Assembly: GCA_002269645.1 (NCBI GenBank)
Contig: NIVC01000154.1
Coordinates: forward strand, 44,319-108,318
Direction of reading: 5' to 3'
From: Macrostomum lignano
Lineage: Eukaryota
Length of the DNA stretch: 64,000 bases
Part shown: one piece after another, positions 38,201 through 50,143 of the stretch
Numbering within the stretch: position 1 is the stretch's first letter
Layout of the letters: each line of letters starts with the position of its first letter
Position numbers and translations under genes: made by a program
The notes under the pieces: model-generated
Seen by the model: only the letters and a program-made list of their open reading frames with translations
What the model was told of the DNA's origin: nothing
Databases searched by the model: none

Positions 38201-40307
38201 CTACGTTTCTTAGAAAAAGTAACGGAGGCTGGTTTTCGCGGAAAAAAGTAGGACGGGGAACTACGTTTCTTAGAAAAAGTAACGGAGGCTGGTTTTCGCG
38301 GAGAAAAAGTAGGACGGGAAACTACGTTTCTTAGAAAAAGTAACGGAGGCTGGTTTTCGCGGAAAAAAGTAGGACGGGAAACTACGTTTCTTAGAAAAAA
38401 GTTAAGGAGGCTGGTTTTCGCCGAAAAATACACTACAGAGATAGGAACTTTTCACTTTTCATATTAAAAATATGAAAGGCAGATTCAATGTTCATATTTG
38501 ATATGTTGTGCTTTTCTTATAGCTCTATTATTATTTAATAAAAAGGTTTTCGTTCAGAAAATTAGGGTTCTAAGTCAATTTTTTTATTCTACGTACATTT
38601 CCTGTATCTAAAAATCATAAAAATACATGGCAAGCACAGCTCGACTCTTTGGTTTAAGGAATCTACTGTATCATCTGTTGTTGTTACACAGTCAGCTAAG
38701 AATGATAAATTAACATATAGAATCCTAATTTTCTGAACGAAAAGCTTATAAATATCAATAGAACTATAAGAAAGGCACAACATATCAAAAGATGAACATT
38801 ATGTCTGCCTCCTATCCAAAGCAATAAAAATTTTAATATGTTAAAATTGAAAAGCTCCTATCTCCGTAGTGAATTTTTCGGCGAAAACCAGCCTCCTTAA
38901 CTTTCTGAGTTGTCCTTGGGTTGGCCCTCATTGCTGCGAATTGCACGAAAACCTGAATAGGCTGAGAGTGATTGGCAAATATGGCAAATACTCGCAAGGC
39001 TCGGGCTCCAGAAAGGGCGGCTGGAGCCTGAGCAATAGACACTCTTGCCTATTGAGTAGCTAAAATTGAGCTAAAAAACATGAAAGATTGGCAGTGTGTT
39101 CTTACATAACCCGCTGAAAGCGTTACTGCGACAAGGATCGCTAGAGGGTCATAGTAAACAACTCACTAGCAGCGACTTTAGCGACTTTTTAACAATTAAA
39201 ACGACCGCAATGCGACGCAAAGGCGACTGTTGAGTCACGAGCGCATCACGTGGGTTTCGGAATTGCAAGAGTGGCGAAAACGTCGTTGTGCAAACGCTTA
39301 ACTTTCTACTAGCTCAGTAGACTAAATAGAGTTTTTATAAATGCGAAATGCGCTCAAGACGCAACTCGGTGATTCCACAGCGACTCGGGAGCATGAACCA
39401 GAGACGACTCTACGGCCCCATATTTATTACAGAAGCGCCCGAGAGTCGTTACAGAGTCGCAGACAATCAAACACCTCAAATTGACTTTTGGGTGACTCTT
39501 AGACGTTATCGTTTTAGAGTCGTCTAGAGTCACTTCTTTCCTATTTTACCTGTGTTATCTGCAACGACTCTGGGGCGACCCAGGTGACACAGGGACGCTT
39601 CTAGGCCTAGACGCATCTGAAGGCTGCGTACGGCTGTTCAGTCCAAGGACTGGGGAGTCGCCACAGACACCCTCAATTACCCCAGCTAATGCTGGCACCC
39701 ATTTTACAGCTGGGTGAATTGAAGCAATGCAGAGTGAAGTGTCTTGCCAAAGGACACAAATTGTTCCAGTTCCAGTGGGACCGGGAATCGAACCCCCGAC
39801 CTTCAAATCGTGAGTCTGACGCTCTGACTATTAGGCCAGAATCTAGATAGCGGGGTCTGCACAAAGTCAAAACTCAGTAAAGCCAATCTTGATAGCTCAA
39901 AACCTCACAAATTTCGAGCTTGCGAAAGAGAATCTAAATAACATAATGCGGACTTCAGAGATAGTACCGGCAAACCCCCAACCGCTAATAGTGAAACCAA
40001 TAAAAGTGCAAACCCACCAAGCCAATTGCAGATCAGTCAATTTGCAGTGCAAAGCCGCTTTTAAACAATGCAAACAGAGTTGATAATTGCCGTCAACTCT
40101 GAACCGCTCGGCCATGCCTAGCAGGGAGGCGTAGCAGGCCTCCTGATCTGCCCATTCCGAGGCGCCGTGAGCAGCCTGGCTGGTCGATGGCGCCGCCGAT
40201 GACGCCAATGCTTTGCTGCCATGATGCGAAGCCGCAGCGGATGAGACCGGTTCGACCGGCTCCTCCAGAGCGCGGGATAAAAAGGATTCTGAGTTCCAAT
40301 GACTCAT
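29293..40307 (-). CDS. MAU2: MAU2/Scc4 cohesin-loader subunit (TPR), 8 exons, 738 aa; complement(40018..40307, 36928..37194, 35883..36156, 34910..35224, 33277..33414, 31890..32281, 30558..30888, 29293..29502)
   Basis: Matches MAU2 motifs: [102 protein letters not shown]. All junctions are GT-AG with consistent phases; total 2217 nt. Confidence 0.95.
29720..30500. repeat. Degenerate 28-bp minisatellite (TGAAAGGTCCTACTTCCGGTTGTCACAC)n, MAU2 intron 7
   Basis: Tandem periodicity with many variants. Confidence 0.88.
30975..31862. repeat. 28/30-bp minisatellite (GGCCCAGCAACTGAGGATCTGGGAGGCT)n, MAU2 intron 6
   Basis: Tandem periodicity; the same family occurs at 53205-53660. Confidence 0.94.
32335..33230. 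repeat. About 22-bp minisatellite (ATTCTAATGACTGTCAAAGGCC)n, MAU2 intron 5
   Basis: Tandem periodicity. Confidence 0.93.
33575..34830. repeat. Two adjacent minisatellites (about 27-30-bp GGGATCCTGACGGTCAAGACCCAGGGG; 25-bp CAAGGGGTCAAGAAACAGAGGGGGA), MAU2 intron 4
   Basis: Tandem periodicities switch at about 34480; both units share GGTCAAGA. Confidence 0.92.
35265..35740. repeat. 52-bp minisatellite, MAU2 intron 3
   Basis: AGAATCACGCCAGTCTGAGCTGTCACATCTCACCTCGTTCAGATCCCATCTC x about 9. Confidence 0.94.
36210..36720. repeat. 31-bp minisatellite (ACTGACATTTAGTTGCTATGACCATATATGG)n, MAU2 intron 2
   Basis: About 16 tandem copies. Confidence 0.93.
37340..38918. mobile_element. Non-autonomous TIR transposon (8-bp TSD; hAT- or P-like) whose left arm is expanded into a roughly 60-bp minisatellite
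   Basis: TIR CAAGGACAACTC (37340) / GAGTTGTCCTTG (38918); TSD GGTTGGCC at 37332-37339 and 38919-38926. The right arm (38845-38905) is the inverted copy of 38397-38452; the array spans about 37385-38420. Confidence 0.82.
39597..39840 (-). mobile_element. tRNA-derived CORE-type SINE (copy 2)
   Basis: Reverse complement aligns to copy 1 (GTCAGAGCGTCAGACTCACGA..GGTTCGATT..GCAAGACACTT..CAGCTGTAAAATGGGTGCCAGC). Confidence 0.85.
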
Positions 40308-40419
40308 GGGATGGGGATCGGGGCCGGGACTGTCGAACTGGGAGACTGCAAGGCGAGCGGTGGTGGTGTGCAAGGGGGCGAATTGGTCTGACTTAAGTGC
40401 CCCCCTAAGCATGTCTTAG

Positions 40420-40810
40420 CCTGTCTTGTGTCTTATAGGACACTTGATGTGTCTCACAGCCTGTCTTGTGTCTTTAGGACACTGTCCTAATGTGTCTCAT
40501 AGTCTGTCTTAATGTCTCATAGACTGTCCTAATGTGTCTCATAGCCTGTCTTAATGTCTCATAGACTGTTTTAATGTGTCTCATAGCCTGTCTTAATGTC
40601 TCATAGACTGTTTTAATGTGTCTCATAGCCTGTCTTAATGTCTCATAAACTGTCCTAATGTGTCTCATAGCCTGTCTTAATGTCTCATAAACTGTCCTAA
40701 TGTGTCTCATAGCCTGTCTTAATGTCTCATAAACTGTCCTAATGTGTCTCATAGCTTGTCCTAATGTCTCATAGACTGTCCTAATGTGTCTCATAGCCTG
40801 TCCTAATAGC
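40420..40810. repeat. 42-bp (20+22) minisatellite upstream of MAU2
   Basis: TAGCCTGTCTTAATGTCTCATAGACTGTCCTAATGTGTCTCA tandem copies. Confidence 0.9.
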
Positions 40811-41719
40811 ATATCTGACAACCCATTGCTTGACCAATCTATTTCCATCGAATTCCAGTTATTAGATTAGACTCTGACCAGAGCACAAGTCTGACTGTAT
40901 TCCAATGGAAAATTTCAATTGGATTCTGGTTGCTGTTTTTTCAGTAGGATCTTTGCACAATATACAGCATGTATCATTAGTGCCCTCTTGTTTTTGCTTG
41001 CCAGTTTACACCTATATGATGACTGTCCACAGAGAAGATAAATCTTCACTCAATTTTATAGGTCGCTAACTAGGCAAATTATACTAGAGACAGTAACAGA
41101 TTATTATAATTTAATGAGTTTATATTCATCAAAGGACATTTTATGAATAATAAAACTAAAACTTAGGGATCAAAAGTTCTATATGCTTTGTGTTTAATGG
41201 TACAAACTGTATCTTAATATGAGTTTTATAAAAAAACATATGAGCATTTCCTTATTGATTCATAGCTTTCCAATCAGGCCCTTAACCCCAAACTGTTATG
41301 CTACCTATACTGCTTTCCTAAACTAGCCTATCTTTACAAATAACAAATAGACAGCGAAATAAAGCCTTCATAAAAAACAACAGACATTCCCTCTAAAAAC
41401 GAAACATCCCAAGACAGCAAGCATCTCCAGACAGCATTCAAGCATCGATCCCCAAATGGCAAGAATCCCCCTAGATAGCAAGAAACCCCAGATAGCAAGC
41501 ATAACCTGGATACAAAGAGACCTTATAGATATCTAGCAACCCCCTCAGATAGCAAGTACCCTCCAACCCCCAAGAGCAAGCATGTCCCAATAGGAAGTTA
41601 CCCTAGTAGCAAGCATCCCCCCAATAGCAAGTATCCCTCAAATAGCAAGTATCCATCCTTAAATAGCAAGCATCCACCAGAGAACAAGTAGCTAGTGCAA
41701 CAATTTCCTTAGCTTTATA

Positions 41720-43400
41720 GTAGCTCCATTTTTTGGCGTGACACTTCTTTTTATGTTTGAAACGGTGTCTCTTTTATGTTTGAAATGGTGGCTCTTTAAT
41801 GTTTGACATGGTGGCTCTTCTATGTTTGAAATAGTGTTTCTTCTATGTTTGACATGGTGGCTCTTTTGTGTTTCACATGATAGCTCTTTAATTTTTGACA
41901 TGTAGCACTTCTATGTTTGACATGGTAGCTCTTTAATGTTGACATGGTGGCTCTTCTATGTTTGACATGGCGGCCCTTTTATGTTTAAAATGGTGTCTCT
42001 GTTATGTTTGACATAGTGGCTCAGTTGTTTGACATGGTAGCTCTTTAATGTTTGACATGGAGTCACGTATATGTTTGACTTAGTGGCTCCCTTATGTGTG
42101 GCATGAATCATGATGTCTCTTTTATGTTTATTGTTTGACATGGTGGCTCTTTAATTTTTGACTTGGAGTCACGTATATGTTTGACATGGTGGCTCCTTTA
42201 TGTGTGGCATGGTGGCTCTTTTATGTTTGACATGGTGGCCCTTTTACATTTTAAATGGTGTCTTTTTTGTTTGGCATGGTGGCTCAATAATTTTTTGACA
42301 TGGTAGCTCTTTTTTGTTTGATATGGTGGCTCCTTTGTGTGTAACAGTGTCTCTTTTATGTTTAATGTTTGACATAAAGTCATGTATATGTTTGACATGG
42401 TAGCACTTTAATGTTTGACATGGTTGCTTTTGAATGTTTTGCATAGTGGCTTTTTATTGTTTGACATGAAGTCATGTATATGTTTAACATGGTAGCTCTT
42501 TAATGTTTGACATGGTTGCTCTTTAATGTTTGACATGGTGGCTCTTTAATGTTTGACAATTGACATGGTGGCTTTTTTATGTTTGACATGGTGGCTTTTT
42601 ATTGTTCGAAATGGTTGGCTCTTTTTATGTTTGGCATAGTGGCTCTTTTATGTTTGACATGGTCATGGTGGCTCTTTTATGTTTGGCATGGTGGCTCTTT
42701 AATGTTCGACATGGTTGGCTATTTTATGGTTGGCATGGTGGCTCTTCTATGTTCAACATGGTGGCTCTTTTTGATGTTTGGCAAGGTGGCTCATTAATGT
42801 TTGACATGGTGGCTCTTTTATGTTTGACATAGAGTCACGTATATGTTTGACATGGTGGCTCTTTAATGTTTGACATGGTGGCTCTATAATGTTTGACACG
42901 GTGGCTCTTTAATGTTTGATATGGTGGCTCATTAATGGTTGACATGGTGGCTCTTTAATGTTTGACATGGTGGCTCTTTAATGTTTGACATGGAATAACG
43001 TATATGTTTGACATGGTGGCTTTTAAATGTTTTTCATAGTGGCTCTTTTATGTTTGACATGGAGTCACATACATGTTCAACATGGTGGCTCTTTTATGTT
43101 TGACATGGTGGAGCTTTAATGTTTGACATGGTGACTCTTGAATGTTTGACATGGTGACTCTTAAATGTTTAACATGGTGACTCTTTAATGTTCCACATGG
43201 TGGCTCTTTAATTTTTGACATGGTGGCTCTTTAATGTTTGACATGGTGGCCCTTTACATTTGAAATGGTGTCTTTTTTATGTTTGGCATGGTGCCTCAAT
43301 AATGTTTTGATATGGTGGCTCTTTTATATCTGACATGGTGACTCTTTTATGTTTGACATGGTAGCTCTTTTATGTTTGACATGGATGGTGGCTCTTTTTT
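41720..43400. repeat. Degenerate 23-bp minisatellite (ATGTTTGACATGGTGGCTCTTTA)n
   Basis: About 1.7 kb of diverged tandem copies. Confidence 0.9.
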
Positions 43401-43446
43401 GTTTAGCATTTTGTATTTTTATGGTGTTTTAACAAAAAAATTATTT

Positions 43447-43512
43447 TGCACTACTATGATTCGAACCCAGGTTGCTTCATTAGCAGTCTAGTCTGTTTGC
43501 ATCTAGGCTATC
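43447..43512 (-). pseudogene. Degenerate tRNA-like sequence (tRNA pseudogene or SINE head)
   Basis: Minus strand TAGCCTAGATG...GACTGCTAAT...GGGTTCGAATC has A-box, B-box and anticodon-loop resemblance; the acceptor stem is poor. Confidence 0.35.
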
Positions 43513-43769
43513 TCTTTTCAATTGGAGAACATGAATTGTGGCCCTTATAACTCAATACTTACAGCAAGTTGGTTAGAGTAAAAAGTTATGACATAAATCA
43601 ATTTCTCAGTTAGCCAGTATCAGTCTCAATTTAAGTTAGCAATATGGTTATGCAATTTCAATCAAGTCTTATGCACATTTCTTTGACAATGTTTTCAACT
43701 TGTTGTGATGCAATCTTTAACAGAATCAGAATTCAACTAGTCAGTTTTGTCTCTAGCATTCTTACAATG

Positions 43770-43996
43770 CATTTCAAGTCAAAAATTTAGCTTGACCTTT
43801 GAAAAAAAGCATGTTTTTCGAATATTTAATCCCTTTAACATTGAGCAATTTCTTAGCCAAGATACTGTCACGGGAAAATTTCTGATCAAATGGTGCAAGA
43901 TTGAAGAAAATTGGTAGAGCCATTTTTTCTGAAATCTATCACATACCTACCTACCCACAGATAACTAATTTTTAGTATATAGGAGAAGGAGAAGAT
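43770..43996 (+). mobile_element. Possible Helentron-associated (HINE/DINE-like) element 3' end
   Basis: TGACCTTTGA motif, AAATTTC...CCATTTTTTCTGAAATC, (ACCT)n microsatellite, then TAATTTTTAGTATATAG. The layout recalls HINE 3' ends; pattern recognition only. Confidence 0.3.
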
Positions 43997-46900
43997 GTCT
44001 TAAACTAAGTACATGATATGCATTATCAGCTAAGTGTTTTGCAGAAAAATATACATTAGAAGTACTATTAATTGATATTATTACTAATTATACATTTAGA
44101 TTTTCATTGCAAAGGTGCCTTAAGACTATAGCTAATAGTAGATAATAGATAGCTAGATTAGATTATTAGATTAATAATATTAATCTATCTAATATTATCT
44201 AATATTATAATTAATATTAGATAATATTAGATTATTATCAAATTCATTTATAATAAATCTTTGTTGCCAATTTTTTTTATTGTATGGGAGTTAGGTTGGC
44301 ACTTTAGTTGTTTGTATTTTCATTATTTTAGAAACTTAACTTTTGTAGAAGACTTTTTTTGCTTGCTTTGACCTAGAATTGGCATTATTGTTATTTTTCT
44401 CTTTGTTGGCTATTGTCTTTGTCCTAGCTATAGTGCTTTTTTGTTTTTATCTTTGGCCCTATTATGCCCCATTCTTAGTTTTAATCCCATTTTCTGCTAT
44501 TTTATCTATATTTTCTTTTATTTTCCATTGGCCTATCCAATCCCAGTTTTGTATTTGCCTATACACTGCCCTGCGGGTTGGCAATACTAATTTTGTTCAC
44601 ATAAATATATCTTAAATGATGATGGTTATAACTTCCCTCCTACCTTTTATACTTTCAACTTATAAACTTTCCTTTGATACTAATTTAATACTTGTTTAAT
44701 AGTTAGTTTACCAAACCTTTGCCACTTTAGTGACTGTTTTATTTTAACTTAGCCTCAGCACACCACAGCTCTGCCAGTTTATTTTGTTAGTCATCTCGCA
44801 TAATTTATCAACTTGCTTAATTTCAATTAACTATTTATCTATTAGCAACCAATAAAACTAAATGAAACAGTATTTATTCATTCATCAATAAAAGCCCATA
44901 GCATTATCTTGAGTCATTTGCCTATGGGCATAAAACAACCAAATTGATCTCATTTCTACATAAGCTTTAAGTAAATTAACAATAATGTTTTATAATATAT
45001 AAATTATAATGATAGTACTGCTATTCTACTAATAGTAATTATCAAATCATTTCAATATACACTGAAACTATAGTATTTAAGGACAATTAAACAACAATGC
45101 CTAATGAAGACCACTCAACTATAACAATTACCCTTCCCCCAAAAATTCCAAAATTGAGGACTAAACAGACAGAATTTAGGAGAAAAAATTGTTGGAATTC
45201 AATTATATAATTTTTCTAGCTTTATTATATGCAAACTCAATGCCAGTAGCCTTTAAAATTCTATAAACCAACCCACTGACCTAAAAGCAATTTTTTCCAT
45301 TTTATTTCTATTACTATTACTAAATTGGTTAGCATCCAAAAATGAGCTTAAGATATTCAACACATTTCCTAACATAATAGCTAATATTTCCTACCTTTAT
45401 GCTAGATATCACTATTTATATTTAAATTGATTTTTGGCAAATGTTTTCAATTTCATTCAATAATCTAGTGTTCATATTTAATATATAAATAGATAATATT
45501 TAATAGATAATAATAAGATTACCATATTATTACGAAAAATAATAATGACTTTTTTATAATCTTTAAAGTTTAATTATGATCATTTGAATATCATTATTTT
45601 TAACTAGGCCTAGGCCCTAAATTAAATGAGCAAAATATTGTTTGACAAAAGCATTTTTGGTGAAATGTCTTGGAATCCTATTATACCTATACCATTGGCA
45701 TTGTTCTTAGCCTATTTATTAAAATTATCAAAAAGATGGTATGATGTTCCTGAAGATAAGGTCAGTAAAATACTTTCAGATTAGAAACCTTTTGTAGTTT
45801 GTTAGCCTAGTCTTGTACTCAAAATGCATTCTTTAATCTTTATGCAGTTGTGTTATGTCAAAAGCATTTAACCCGAACTTGGCTTATGTTAAGCAAGGCC
45901 TATCTACTGTTGCAATTTGCAATTAAAGTTCAAGAAAATGAAAACAATGAGGTAGGCCCTAGGCCTAGCCTATTCGGTAACGTTAGTCTTAAGACTTAGA
46001 CTTAGACTTAGACTTAGCAAAAAATATACTAAGCGGAAAACTTCTTAAAGCGTGAAGATGTTTAGGGCCTACTACAGTAATGAATTGAAAAAGGCTATGC
46101 AGTAAGCAGTCTGTATTTAATGTATTGTAGACTTGTAGTTTCCAGCATGCTCACGTTGCGACTTGCGTCCCTAGACGCGCTGACTTAATTGAAAAAAATT
46201 GAAAAGAAAGTAAATTGTTTTTGTGGCTGACCCAATAAATATACTTAATTATAGGTTATCCTAAATAAAAACTGTGCTGTTTTTTTCTACCCAAAAGTTA
46301 TTGAACTATTTTGCTGCAATATATTAATTTCATAATCGCAACAAAATTTTCGTTTTGTTTAACTTTGACAAATTTAGCTTTTATTTTTTAAATAGCGCAA
46401 ATCTCTACAGAATTAATTTAGACAATTGTTGCTATTCACCTTTTGATTTACAGTATAGTAGTTGATCAAAGTCTTTTTTCTGAATTATTTACGAAGCTCT
46501 TACAGTTTTCTGGTCTTACTCGTACAATTACAGAATGAGCAACAATTGTGCAGAATGACAGAATTACAGAATTGACTCGTACAATACAGAATGACAGAAT
46601 ACAAATGTGCTGTCTGTTTGCAAAAAAACAAAACGACATGTAATGTATTGAAAATCTACTTGCACAACATCTGCTTCGTGAATTTATCCGAATATGATCC
46701 TATTAAAATCAAGTATGACTGGATTAAAAAACGCAAATAAATTTTCTGTTGGCGACCATAGTCTTGAACAAATAACCAAGAAAAAATGCCCCATAAGACC
46801 ACAAGTATATTCTTCTTCACTCGTGTACCCATGCAGCTCGCATGTAAAATCATCTTAAACCGTCTTAATCGGACGTAATTCCTCAAAAATGCTGCTCCTT

Positions 46901-47519
46901 TTTTGCATTCTTGATCAAATAGTCAGCTGTTTTTTCTTACTTTTATGCCTTTCTGAAAAGTTATACATGTACTTGCATGGAGCAACTATAAACTATAAAT
47001 TGTACCTAGATATGTAACCTGTAAATAAATGGATAGCAATCGACTTTCATTCTATACTGAATAATAATGAAATGAATGGCTCTAAAAAGCTGCTTTATAG
47101 CAATTTGTTTCTAGTTTTAATTCGGTAATTTAACAAGCAGCTGCAACTACGATCGCTACATTCATTGATCTATATATATAGAGTTTTGATTTATAGGTAT
47201 AGATTATGCTTACAGTTCGTGTTCCTTTTGTCGATACAAGTGTACTTTTTATATTAGATGATGGGCATAGCGTACTAAATACATGCTAGTGTATTGGATG
47301 CTGCATTTTACACTGTATACAGCATGTATCAACAGAAAAAATGTAGACACGAGCTAATCAGATATTTGAGTACGTTAATTCGGCTGGATTATAAATCTAT
47401 GTACATGTACAAAAACTTCGCACATTTACAAGCTCTGTACCTATATGAAATTATCCTTTGAATGAACTGCTATCCATGTACATGTTGCTCATACAATTTC
47501 AGACGGCAAATTTAGCAAA

Positions 47520-49150
47520 ATGGAAAAGCTGCTGGTCATTCAGACAGGAGGTAAGAAATTTGAGCTCGTCGTTTAGGGCCTGTTCAAACATCAGTTGGAT
47601 GCAGGAAACCTACATTGAAAGTAGGTTTTTGAACATACTTCCTTCCTGGATCCTTTCTAAGGTGTGTCCTTTTTAAGGTCCTCGGGTCATAGGGTCTTTC
47701 AGATCATCAGGCTGGGGCCACCATCTTCCTTTATCATCAGGTTGGGGCCACCATCTTCCTTTATCATCAGGTTGGGGCCACCATCTTCCTTTATCATCAG
47801 GTTGGGGCCACCATCTTCCTTCATCATCAGGTTGGGGCCACCATCTTCCTTTATCATCAGGTTGGGGCCACCATTTTCCTTTATCATCAGGTTGGGGCCA
47901 CCATTTTCCTTTATCATCAGGTTGGGGCCACCATCTTCCTACACCATTTTCCTTCCAATCTTCATGTAGTTTGGTAACCTATTTTATAGCTAGATCAAAA
48001 CTGTCGATTCCCCAGGCACCATAGACAAATGCTATCCCAGAGCCATCGGAGGCTACGCCTTTGAGTTCGGGGACAGCGGCTATTGCCGTCAACTATTGGA
48101 GCGACAGCTCTCCGATTGGGAGTCGCGATTCGAATTTCTATCGATATTTGCCAAAGACAGTCAGGACATTTCCGACGATGACAGGTACGTCTCCGTGTGT
48201 GTGCGTGTGCATGCTCAAGAGTCAGCGGATTGGGCACGACTGCTTAACTGCCTTCTCACTGGCTGCGGTTCGACTGTCACCTTGAGCTAAGGCAGTATCT
48301 AAACTGCCCCACTAAGGTAATTGGTATAAAAAACCACGCGAACTAATTTATTGCAGAGTAAAATTGGCCGAGGTCATTAAGTCGAGCGGCAGTCGAAGGG
48401 TCCTTGTAACGCATGGCACGGACACACTGTTGGACACGGCCAGGTTTCTTCAGAGCTACCTAAAATCAGGGAGGGCACTTACATGTATATTGTCGGTATT
48501 TTCTTTATAAATAATCAACTATCCTTACCAGTTAACTGCACCAAATATGGAATCCCAGTGCATGATGAATGGAAATTGATGAGTATCAAAAGGCTCATTA
48601 AGGGATTAATCAGACTAGAAAGGCACTTCCCGTTCCGTCCCGTTCCGTCCCGTTCCGTCCCGTTCCGTCCCGTTCCGTCCCGTTCCGTCCCGTTCCGTCC
48701 CGTTCCGTCCCGTTCCGTCCCGTTCCGTCCCGTTCCGTCCCGTTCCGTCCCGTTCCGTCCCGTTCCGTCCCGTTCCGTCCCGTTCCGTCCCGTTCCGTCC
48801 CGTTCCGTCCCGTTCCGTCCCGTTCCGTTCCGAATTAGCACGACAGCTCACGCGCCTAATTCTCTACAGACTTTGACGTCGCCAGCACCGCAGCGCCAGT
48901 TGTAATTCTGACCGGCGCCAGACTGCCCGGCGCTTTCAAAGACACCGACGCCGATTTAAACATCGGCTTTGCCCTCGGCTGTCTGGCCGCCGCCAGACCC
49001 GCTGCCAGAGACCAGGCCAATGGCGGCAATCGGACAACGTTGCTCAAGCCAGGTGTTTACACCTGTATGAACCTGCGACTCATGCGACCCGACGAAGTGG
49101 TCAGGAATTTGGAAACCGGAGCGTTTGACTGGCCTGCCTGTTCCGACTAA
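47520..49150 (+). CDS. Short-chain (single-domain) bacterial-type class 1 L-asparaginase, 197 aa; join(47520..47550, 48016..48184, 48357..48469, 48870..49150)
   Basis: Spliced translation MEKLLVIQTGGTIDKCYPRAIGGYAFEFG...KDSQDISDDDR...VLVTHGTDTLLDTA...VILTGARLPGAFKDTDADLNIGFALG...PGVYTCMN...* contains the TGGT and HGTDT asparaginase motifs. AAAATGG start context; 3 GT-AG introns with consistent phases (594 nt). Confidence 0.9.
47700..47945. repeat. 30-bp minisatellite (CAGGTTGGGGCCACCATCTTCCTTTATCAT)n, asparaginase intron 1
   Basis: About 8 tandem copies. Confidence 0.93.
48628..48830. repeat. 10-bp repeat (CCCGTTCCGT)n, asparaginase intron 3
   Basis: About 20 perfect copies. Confidence 0.97.
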
Positions 49151-49434
49151 CGTGTCACAAATATCCGCATCGATGCGACCGATATTTCTAAGAAATTCGA
49201 AATCATGCAGAAGTTGTCCGTGATTGAGCACTAAGACAATCGGTGCAATAAATCACTTTTAGTTGCAAAAAATTGTTTTGACTGACAATGGTTATTGATT
49301 TGATATTATTGTACGAGTATTTATTACACCGAATTCGATTTATATACACATAACGACGATAGACGTTAAATATTACGAAAATATGTCAGGCTGTGGCCGT
49401 GTGCTGGACTGTAATTAAACTTTTGGTCTTCTTC

Positions 49435-50143
49435 GATCGGGACTCATCCGGATTCTGGGATCGGGACTCATCAGGATTCTGGAATCGGGACTCATCGGGA
49501 TTCTGGGATCGGGATTCATCAGGATTCTGGGATCGGGACTCATCAGGATTCTGGGATCGGGACTCATCAGGATTCTGGGATCGGGATTCATCAGGATTCT
49601 GGGATCGGGATTCATCAGGATTCTGGGATCGGGATTCATCAGGATTCTGGGATCGGGATTCATCAGGATTCTGGGATCGGGATTCATCAGGATTCTGGGA
49701 TCGGGATTCATCAGGATTCTGGGATCGGGATTCATCAGGATTCTGGGATCGGGATTCATCAGGATTCTGGGATCGGGATTCATCAGGATTCTGGGATCGG
49801 GATTCATCAGGATTCTGGGATCGGGACTCATCGGGATTCTGGGATCGGGATTCATCAGGATTCTGGGATCGGGACTCATCAGGATTCTGGGATCGGGACT
49901 CATCAGGATTCTGGGATCGGGATTCATCAGGATTCTGGGATCGGGATTCATCAGGATTCTGGGATCGGGATTCATCAGGATTCTGGGATCGGGATTCATC
50001 AGGATTCTGGGATCGGGATTCATCAGGATTCTGGGATCGGGACTCATCAGGATTCTGGGATCGGGACTCATCAGGATTCTGGGATCGGGACTCATCGGGA
50101 TTCTGGGATCGGGATTCATCAGGATTCTGGGATCGGGACTCAT
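49435..50143. repeat. 24-bp minisatellite (GGGATTCATCAGGATTCTGGGATC)n
   Basis: About 29 tandem copies; explains the DRDSSGFW/MNPDPRIL ORFs. Confidence 0.95.

Noticed and set aside
46640-46900. Tc1/IS630-like transposase fragment (SPTENLFA)
   Set aside because: A single weak motif with no other DDE context or TIRs.
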